Assembly (NCBI GenBank): GCA_964016885.1
Contig: OZ024740.1
Coordinates: 320,540,001 to 320,604,000 of the forward strand
Length of the DNA stretch: 64,000 nt
Direction: 5' to 3'
From: Eledone cirrhosa
Lineage: Eukaryota
Shown here piece after piece: positions 55,045-64,000 of the stretch. The position numbers and the translations under genes are program-made. The notes beneath the pieces were generated by a model that did not search any database, was not told the DNA's origin, and was given only the letters and a program-made list of their open reading frames with translations. Position 1 is the first letter of the stretch. Each line of letters begins with the position of its first letter.

Positions 55045-56503
55045 AATCATAAGTCTCATGAAAATTAACCTGATTAGAACATTACACCTCTGCTTATTAC
55101 ATAGTCAAGATGGGAAACCTAATTATTTCTAAATGATACATTTTTGGCAAATATAGTATATAAAAAAAAAAAGGAATCAATCAACAAGTTCCCAAATCTC
55201 ATTAGCTTACCGAGTGGGGTGGAACTCATTAAACTCGAACCAAGGAAACAATATTTCCATTGCTGATACTGTCTACTGGTTGCAGTTCCTGGCAGAATGA
55301 ACAATGTAAAACAAAGTGTCTTGCTCAAGGACATAACGCATCACCCAATCCTGGAACTGAACTCACAACCATCCAATTCTATAACCACTAATCCACGTGC
55401 TTTCATAGACTATGAGCAACCATTATTCTTTAAATGTACAGAAGAATGTGTGGCATTTATGAAAATATAAATAACTCACAAGTAACTGTTAGTTTAGTCT
55501 TAAAAATTCTTCTCATTACTTCACACACATACTTATGGCCTAGCTAGAAAGTTCTGAATTGTATATCTCACCATGTCTTGTGGATATTGTTATAATTTCC
55601 TGACAAATAGCTACTTTCAGTTTATCTGATGTGTGCAGTTTATTGAAAAACACTTTCCCTTTAAGGTAACCCTAAAGTATGATGACTTGCCACCATACTG
55701 GGAAATGATATGGTGGTAAACAAAGACTGGTTTTTTTTAAAAATCATCCTCCAACAGCATAACATAAATATTAGCACATTAATAATGCATGTGTTTCACC
55801 TCCACTCTCCTTCCATACACTTCCCACGTCCTAACACTTCACCCCTCACACACTACCCTATACCTGCCTTCCCAATCTCCACACCTACCCCACCAAAGTC
55901 TCCAGCCTATACTGTAAAATGGTTGTGTAGGTGTCACAACAAAAAGCACCCAGCCCATGCTGTAAATGAGGTTGGCATTGGGAAAGGCATCCAGCTGTAG
56001 AAACCAAATCAAAATCAGTTCTATATGAGCAAGATGTGGTCATCTGATCTGGCTTATCTCGCAACATGACAATTTGTCTAACCCATGCTAGTGTGGAAAA
56101 ATGGATGTTAAATGGTGATGGTGATGATGATGCTTTGTTACAATTAACTGTTGTCTACTAATCTGAATTTTTTTACAACGGACTGAGTTTACAATTAGAT
56201 TAGCTTCTTCAATGACAATAAAGCATAGAGTAAAACATTTAATAAGATAGGGATTTACTTACCACAACCAGTCATAGTGTTGTATTTATTAGTGCTGGGA
56301 AATTAGCTGATATTTTTGCTAGGGTACTTAATTCTAATAAGCAAGAAAAACAAAGACAAACTATCAGTAAAATCTATTATAGATAAAGAAAATTATAATT
56401 AATGGTGTAGAATTTCCATGTGGTCAGCTCGTAATTGTAATTGCTTTATGTAGCTTCAATTTAAGAAGAAAAACACTACTTCTGTTTGACAAGGAAGGAT
56501 TAA

Positions 56504-56721
56504 CCCTTTAGCATTTAAACCGGCTATATCAAGCCAGAATTCTCTTACCTCTTTCTGCTCAAACTGGCTGTAACCAGCTGCTCATACTTATATTAAGGTA
56601 TTGTTCTCAAAATAAATAATATCAAAATCTTGTAAATTCGATATGTGAGATAATTATATGAAATAAAGTGTTTACCATGAAAATACAATAGTAAATATAG
56701 AGTAATGTAAATGCTAAAAGG
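56504..56721 (-). mobile_element. piggyBac-type MITE
   Basis: TTAA|CCCTTTAGCATTTAAAC start; reverse-complement match to 1656-1863. Confidence 0.8.
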
Positions 56722-56897
56722 TGGCATAACTCTCTACTACTTAGATATATCTGAAAATGTTACATGCAAAATGTTTGTCCCTTTTTCTCCCTGATTATAG
56801 TGAGAACAAATACTTCAACCTTGAGCAATTATTGACTTTTTATAAAGATGAAATGCATGCCACTGTAAATTACAGCTCATATCTCCTCTTATAGATG

Positions 56898-57612
56898 ATA
56901 ATAATAATGAAATTATTGTGTAAAGTGCTCAGGTGCACTACAACTCGTCAAAGGTGCATGTATAGTATATAGAATAATACACAAGTGTCAGGGAAGTGAA
57001 TAGTGTATGAGTCATGATATACATGTGTGTATGTGTATGGAGGGGGAACATTAGCTGTAGTGTTGGCGAATCTCGGGAAGCATGGAGGCTTTAAAGGATG
57101 CAGTGTCTTGACAGCTAACAACCGATGCAGGTAGTTTGTTCCATGCTTCAGCAACTCTGAGTGTGAAAAAATGTTTCCGAAAGTCATGGGAACTGTACTG
57201 TTTTCTGACTTTGTGGGCATGCCCACGTGTGTTAGACACATGGAAATCAAAAAGGTACTCAGGGTTGTTGTTGGTAAGATGGTTAACAATTTTGTGGGTG
57301 TTTACCAAGTCAGTTGCCAGGCGTTGGAGCTTCAATGTATCCATGCCCAGGGAAGCAAGGCGCTCAGAGTATGGTAGATGCCTGAAGGAGAGTATTCGCT
57401 TGGTTGCACGTCTCTGAATAGTTTCCAAGCGGTCAATGTTCTGAGCAAGATAGGGGTTCCAGACTGGTGATGCAAATTCTAAGTGTGGCCGCACCATAGC
57501 CATGTACAGCCTTAAATAGATAGCTGGAGAGCGGCTGACAAATGTTTTGCTGAGTGATGCTAAGACACCCTCGGCCCTCTTGACAATTTTAGAGACGTGC
57601 TTCGTCCAACGC
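56898..57612 (-). mobile_element. CR1-clade LINE 3' fragment (third copy, in a CNOT10 intron). Short 3'-end-only pieces also at about 53316-53441, 54232-54356 and 59450-59540
   Basis: VRPHLEFASPVWNPY..FFTLRVAEAWNKLP; shared 3'UTR gtgctcaggtgcactacaactc. Confidence 0.9.
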
Positions 57613-57877
57613 AAAGATTATATTCAGAAAAAAATGCTTCTGAAATACTTCTGTATAACACCTTAATACATCCCATTGAGAAGTACAGTTCTCACATTTT
57701 CTGAATTTGCTGGTATTGCTTCATCAACGTGTTCCACTTACCTTCATCTTCCTATTTCTCACTACCTCTACTACTTGTTATGTATCCTACCCTCTTTCAT
57801 TTTTTCTTCTTTCAATTCTTTATATACTAAACTGCCTAAAATTACCACTGGATCTATGATACAAAACTTTGTTTTAG

Positions 57878-58085
57878 CCCTTAAACATTTAAACTGGCCA
57901 TATACGGCCAGAATTCTCTCACCCCTCTCTGTTCAAACCAGCTATAACTGGCTGCTCACACTTATTTGAAGGTATTGTTCTCAAAATAAATGATATCAAA
58001 ATCTCATAGATTCAATATTATGTGAGATAAAGTGTTTACCATGAAAATACAATAGTAAATATAGAGTAATGTAAATGCTAAAGGG
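57878..58085 (-). mobile_element. piggyBac-type MITE
   Basis: Reverse-complement match to 1656-1863; ends AAATGCTAAAGGG. Confidence 0.8.
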
Positions 58086-58364
58086 TTGAAGTGTTTATAT
58101 TTATCTAAACACCAGCTTAATAATGAGAAAGTTAATTATATTACTAACACCTTCAAAATTCTTGGTTATTTTCAGAATTAACTGAAAATTATAGACAGTG
58201 TTTTTTATTCAAAATATGGTAATGAAAGAAGATAGTTAAGATATTGGAAAATGTATATGGTAAAAAAGAAATACTTTGCGAATTAGAATAGTTAATGTAC
58301 AATAGCTGGAAGGAATCACTGCAGCAATTGGGTTATTTTCAAATGTGTTTGTAATCTCTTCCAG

Positions 58365-58426
58365 AGGAAAACCTGACACGGAAGTGTTTGTTTTTGCTTG
58401 TTGAGCTTTATCTTCAAACTCACCAG
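58365..58426 (+). CDS. CNOT10: CNOT10 coding exon (EENLTRKCLFLLVELYLQTHQ)
   Basis: ctcttccAG / GTAAGT, 62 nt, phase 1 to 0, which closes the frame between its neighbours. Matches CNOT10 [21 protein letters not shown]. Confidence 0.9.
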
Positions 58427-59639
58427 GTAAGTGAATCATTGAAATTGAATTAGACCTTCAATATTGTTGTATCTTGACTGTTGAAATGGGCTTCTTCTGA
58501 AGGGTCTTTGGAATAACGTTACTCGATAGTGTGTAGCTCAGAGATAGGAGAGTCACTCCAGGTAGAGCTGTTACTTCTCCGATTTGAAGGATCAAAACTC
58601 TGATGTTACAGGCATGTGGTTAGAATGTCCCAGGAAAGAATCGCTGGACAGATTTTATTGGCAAAACCAACTGGCAGGAGACCCAGGGGTAGACCTTGAG
58701 CAAGATGGTTGAATAACATCCATGAGCTTGGCTGGTCATTTTGTGGAGCCAGCCAGATCAGTTGGAAACAGTTGCTTCTGACAGGAATAAGTGGGTGAAG
58801 AAGAAGGATTGTCGTTATTACTATTAGCCACTAAACTGTGTTATATGCTTTCAGTTTGAAATTAAAATTAACTGGTCAAATTTAACAATTTAATGTCTCA
58901 TTACATAAGTGCATAATTAATAAAACCAATATGGTAAATTATGGTTTTCAGTATCCAAATCCTACCATACTCCTTTAACACAACAGAAGGACTGGAAAAT
59001 AGCTGAAAAGGAGACAAAAGATTATGATTAAAGAATGTCTTTCGGAAGCAAGACTGTATTGAATCCATATATTATTATGATTTTAATGTACTGCAAGACT
59101 GTTATATATCTTAACTGTAGTTCTTCACTTTCCTCTAATTTGATTACTTACTGCTTTTGTTGTTGTTGTTGTTATTGTTTTAACCTTCAAGTTTAGAGAT
59201 AAAATAGATGAGAGAATACAGTCATAGACTACCATTATATGGTTTATAAGTTCATATCAACTGCAGATATTTTGTTTTACAAATCTCAGTTCACACTAGC
59301 TGTTGGAAATATGTACCAATCTTCTTAAGAAATGCTAACTACAACAGACTGCTATCTCTCATCTATTTAATATTATAGAATTATAGAAATCAGAATCAGT
59401 AATTGACCCTAAGAATCCTTGAAGCTAATAAAAAGATTCAGTAATATACAGTGTTCAGGTGTACTTCAACTCATCAAAGGAGCATATATAGTACATAGAA
59501 TATTGTACAAATGTCAGGAAAGTGAGCAGTGTATGAGTCAGGAGAGTGACACACAGACACACACACATGTACATATTTAATCTAATCTATCAGCATTCTT
59601 GTAATTGATTTTAATAAATGCAAGTGTTTTAAAGTCGTC

Positions 59640-60210
59640 ATCCTTGTTAAGTCAGGAGTTAGCCTTGCAGGCCCCATGATAAGTTTCTTCATTTTCCCTA
59701 TCATTTACATCCCCCATTACCAACTTTCATTTCATCCTGCATCATTTTTACCCATGCCTTTCTTGGTCTTATCTTTCCTCTATTTCCTTCCACATTCATT
59801 TCCATCACATTCCATTTCTCTTCACAGCATTCATTACTAACTCTATTCCCATCAATATCTGCAATTCATTGTCTTCTCTCTCGGTGATACTCCAATATCC
59901 ACTGGACCATTCTCATGTTGCTCCATATTGTTCAGCCATGTCTCACTTCTATAAATCATGGCACTTCTCACCCATGTAGCATACATCTTTCTCATCAATT
60001 TCAGCAACATTCCCCTCCTCGTTAGTACTTCACACAGTTCCGAACTTCTTCCATGCACATCTCACTCTAGATACTGTCACAGAGTCTGATAAACCCTCTC
60101 CAATCAACATGTCTCCAAAGTAACAAAACATTTTCACACCACTTCTAATATCAAGTTCAACATCCTCTCCATCTGTAGCTCCCTCCATACACATTTTACA
60201 CTTAAATGTT
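59640..60210 (-). mobile_element. Degraded RTE LINE C-terminal fragment
   Basis: KMYATWVRSAMIYRSETW, GRPRKAW-like motifs. Confidence 0.6.
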
Positions 60211-60326
60211 GATCTTAAAGAACTAAGATTAAGTATTTAATTATATTCAGTATTTAGCTTCTGTTGTACTCTGTTTAACTATTACAATCCAGGTTTTTCA
60301 TCTTGCTGTATTTTTTTATCTTTCAG

Positions 60327-60494
60327 CCTGAGAAGGCGATGGGAATGTTATCCTACATAGAGAAACTTCTTCGTCGTGGTACCATGTGCAATAACAGCCC
60401 ATCAGGAGATAAAGTGGACAAAAATGAGAGCCTGGATAGTTCTGTGGGAAGTGAGTTAGGGACTTCAGAACATTATCGGCCGAAAATTAGTTTG
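60327..60494 (+). CDS. CNOT10: CNOT10 coding exon (PEKAMGMLSYIEKLL...HYRPKISL)
   Basis: tctttcAG / GTAAGT, 168 nt. Matches AEKALHLLAVLEKMI..KSKIHQ. Confidence 0.88.
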
Positions 60495-61528
60495 GTAAGT
60501 TAAATTTACACTTTCTAAGTAGATGTCTAAGAAAGTGTATTTTGAAATTCATACTCTAAACATGTCCAGCAACTTATATTTTTGTAACTATCTTAAAACA
60601 GATAAAGTTTGGTACTATATCTGTTAATACTGCCACTCCACCCATAGGGTAGAGAGAGCTCTTCTGTTAAGTCGATGAATGATAACCTCACTAGAGCTGA
60701 TGCTATGAAAAATGCACCCAATACACCCTGTAAGGTAGTTGGTGAAAGGAAGGGCATCCAGCCATAGAAAACCTACCAAACAAATGGTCTGGAGGACTCT
60801 TCAGTTGTGTCAATAATATAACTTAACCTTCTATTGGTGTCATGATAAAATGCATTTGGTAAAGTACAGGAGCACATGTGAGAGGCAAACCCCTGGCCTA
60901 TCTAAGAAGCCAGTGGGTCTGCTTGCATACTGACTTGTCTGTGACCACATGTCCACCCTTTGCTAGCAGGGAAATAGGATGTTAAATCATGATGGTGGTG
61001 GTGGTGGTGGGTGGATAGTAATAACTGATTTCAAATATCATCAGAGTTGACTTCACCTTTCATCTTTCCTCTGTCAATAAAATACATACCAATAATCAAC
61101 TACCCCTCCTGTTAAATTTGTGGCCTTGTGCCTATGTTAGAAAACATTATTCTTATTATTACTAAGGGTGGTGGATTGGCAGTATCTGTAGAGTGTCGGA
61201 CAGTTTCGGGGAATAGAGTTATGGCCCTTTACGTTCTACATTCAAATCCCTCCGAGGTTAGCTTTGCTTTTTATCCTTACAAGGTTGATTTATTCGACTT
61301 TCCTCTCCCCCAAAATTATTGGCCTTGTACCTAAATCAGAAACAATTATTATTACTAAGGGAAGTAGGGTGGTGGATTGGCAGAATTGTTAGAGCATCGG
61401 AGAAATGCTTTGCACTATTTGTTGAATCTCTTTACGAACTTAGTTCAAATCCCATTGGTTTAAATCTTTCATAACTCCATCCTTGTTGTTTGCTTTTCTA
61501 CAAAATCTGCTCTTTCTCACTATTTCAG

Positions 61529-61612
61529 TATAAAACCCGATGTCTTATAATGATGAAGTCGTTGAAAGCATGCAAACGAGAAATCAAAGTATTGATGAGT
61601 AGCCAAGCAACT
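61529..61612 (+). CDS. CNOT10: CNOT10 coding exon (YKTRCLIMMKSLKACKREIKVLMSSQAT)
   Basis: tatttcAG / GTAAGT, 84 nt. Carries the conserved MKSLKACKREIK motif. Confidence 0.93.
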
Positions 61613-61696
61613 GTAAGTATTCAAAATCTTGCACTACAGATTAAGCCAATAGAATAGAGTCAGATTCTTATGTGCACCTTTTGTCTTATTATTTAA

Positions 61697-61904
61697 CCCT
61701 TTAGCATTTACATTACTCTATATATACTGTTGTATTTTCGGGGTAAAGGCATTATCTCACATAATTTCAAATCTATGAGATTTTGATATTATTTATTTTG
61801 AGAATAATACATTAACAGAAGTATGAGGGGCCAGTTATGGCCGGTTTGAACAGAAAGAGGTGAGAGAGTTCTGGTCGGATACGGCCAGTTTAAATGCTAA
61901 AGGG
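61697..61904 (+). mobile_element. piggyBac-type MITE (208 bp)
   Basis: Intact TIRs and TTAA TSD on both sides. Confidence 0.85.
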
Positions 61905-62229
61905 TTAAGTGAGTATGTGGAGTGGGGTCCATGCTAGCATAAATGTCTATTTAGATATAAAACTACCAAAAATTAATTCTTTATTGAATATAACAAATAT
62001 AAAATTTATATGTGTATGTGTATTTAGAGTCATTTATGTATATTTTAAAAATCTGTGGTCACTGGGAGAAGTTAGTCATTTGTAGTTGGTTTTTAACTTT
62101 GTTTTCATGGGTAATGGTGATAAAGTGTCTGCACTTTGGTGTTGTTGAAAGAGACTAGGCTGCAATATCCCCATTGAAAGATTTTTTGAGATCATGTGTC
62201 TGTTCATTGCATGTTAAGCATTGACATTG

Positions 62230-62530
62230 TTGTTAGATAAACTAGAAGAGCGCCGGGGTGATGTTTTCTGTGCAGAACAACAGATGTCACATTTCCTAGT
62301 GAAATAACAGCAAAAGATGTTCTTAGCTAAAAACAAACCTTTCTATATTACATTTACTGACTTGAAGAAGACCTCTAACAAAGTCCTTGTTGTCTTGTGG
62401 GTACTAAAGAAAGTTGAATATCCTGTGAAGCCTCTATGTAGGAAGGTTAGTGTTGTTAGTTTGTTCAGTGAGAAGTTTAATGTACAACTAGGTGTTCACC
62501 AAAGCTCTACTCCCATCTTTATCCTTTGAT
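62230..62530 (+). mobile_element. Degraded RTE RT fragment
   Basis: FLAKNKPFYITFTDLKK..FNVQLGVHQ, homologous to the 4.9 and 8.5 kb copies. Confidence 0.6.
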
Positions 62531-62904
62531 GTCCATCGGTTTCAACAATGAGGATATATACCATGGCAGAGGTGGTACTGTAGAAGTAGTGTTAGTTACA
62601 TGTTGCTGTGAGAACTATTAATCAGAGAAGAAAGGAAAGGAAAAGAGAGAAAGGGAGAGCATATATATATACATACATACATACATACACCTGCTCTGTG
62701 TGAGCGAAACGCATTCCTTCAACCTGATCTCTCCCAAAGGGACAACCCGTCCTACCCATGCTAGTATGGAAAATGGATGTTAAACAATGCTGATGATATA
62801 TATATATATATATTTTCCTCCATTTCCACCAAGCATGAACCTAATATAACCTAATATCAACTATATATAAATAACCTCGGACTACAGATTAAACCCATCA
62901 TAGA

Positions 62905-63393
62905 ATATATATATAAAGTTGTAGTTCCTGTTTGTTTGTTTGTTCACGAACTCCTCCTATGGTTTTGGAGATAGACCCCATAACCATATATATTCTGAAA
63001 CTACATTGCCCAGAGTACTTGGATAAGTATATTTCATTTTAAACAAAAGGTTCCCCGGCAGCACAAACCCCCGCTGAAAATTTTTTCCCTTCAATATTTA
63101 TGAAATTTAAACCATAGGTAAATGACAAGATTTGATGCCTATTGACAAAAGTTTTGAATTGATATTTTGAAAAAAATTATTTACAAGAAACAAAATAAGA
63201 ATAAGATTTAATAATGTAATTTTGATTTGATATATTACAAAAAATAATGTTTTCCAATTTTTCATGCATTACATTTTACATTGAGTAATGCAGAGTTTTT
63301 CTCCATAAATTATATCACTGATTTAAAATCAATCATCATTTTCTTACAAAATAAAATGTGTGAAACGCAGCAAGGCGCGGGTAATTTGGCTAG
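62905..63393 (+). mobile_element. Non-autonomous Helitron-like element in a CNOT10 intron
   Basis: 5' tatatatataaagttg..(TGTT)n; 3' GC hairpin cgcagcaaggcgcgg then CTAG|T at 63390-63394. Confidence 0.6.
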
Positions 63394-63454
63394 TATATAT
63401 ATTTATATACACACACACACACATACATATATAGTTCTTTCTTTTATTTTTCAG

Positions 63455-63716
63455 AATCCTTCTGTAGTATATTTGAAAAGCAATTTTGAATACCTGCGTG
63501 GCAGTTCACGTAAAGTATTAAAGATGCTAGCAACTGTACCCCAAAACACAGTCATCTCGGAGTCAGGGGATTGTTTGCCTGTCATGTATTACAATAACCT
63601 TGGTTGTATCCATTTCAACACACGTAAACACCATCTGGGAGCATTTTACTTCCGTAAAGCAGTGACAGAAAATGAAAGTGCTGTAAAAAACCTTAAAAAA
63701 TCCTGTGATGACCCAG
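63455..63716 (+). CDS. CNOT10: CNOT10 coding exon (NPSVVYLKSNFEYLRG...NNLGCIHF...HHLGAFYFRKA...DDP)
   Basis: ttttcAG / G|GTAAAA, 262 nt. LKSNFEYLRG and NNLGCIHF are conserved CNOT10 motifs. The gene continues right of the window. Confidence 0.93.
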
Positions 63717-63741
63717 GTAAAAGAAATTTCTCTCTCTCTTG

Positions 63742-63772
<31 letters not shown>

Positions 63773-63928
63773 CGTAAAACTGACTGGCCTATCTGGCTGA
63801 TCAGTGAGTGGGTCTGTTAATATGCAGATCTAACTGATCGGGCAGTCTGCTAATATGTAAATCAGGCTGATCAGTCACAATATTGTGTATTTTCACTAGC
63901 TTTGACAGTTGGCAGGTAAACAGTATAT

Positions 63929-63966
63929 GGTACTGATGAAGGGTAATCACCCAGAAACATTAGTAT
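63929..63966 (+). ncRNA. Hammerhead core motif (degenerate)
   Basis: CTGATGA-a-GGGT(aatc)ACCC-a-GAAAC-atta. Confidence 0.4.
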
Positions 63967-64000
63967 CTGCCCTTCTGTATATAGACCAACACAAGAGCAA

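Overview
AT-rich, repeat-dense eukaryotic genomic DNA. The repeat landscape (RTE/CR1 LINEs, tRNA-derived SINEs, very long TA/CA microsatellites) suggests a coleoid cephalopod such as Octopus; this is inference. Three host genes can be read. (1) The 5' part of a VPS9D1-like gene on the minus strand: coding exons 17040-17117, 13530-13602 and 2507-2602, none in the ORF track, continuing off the left edge. (2) An intronless GFOD1/2-like gene on the minus strand (28066-29244), followed about 95 nt after its stop by a ~4 kb (TA)n array. (3) Six coding exons of CNOT10 on the plus strand (51626-63716), continuing off the right edge. The rest is mostly transposon debris: RTE and CR1 LINEs, CRE-like fragments, SINEs, a piggyBac-type MITE family, hAT and Tc1/mariner MITEs, two Helitron-like elements and Penelope-like foldbacks. 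The most notable observations are an RTE LINE with a near-seamless twin-priming-type 5' inversion inside a (TA)n tract, several minimal hammerhead ribozyme motifs (one complete), and inverted MITE copies bracketing CNOT10 exons (circRNA/ADAR candidates). There is no evidence of a prokaryotic system or CRISPR array. All family assignments come from reading motifs by eye, not from database searches.
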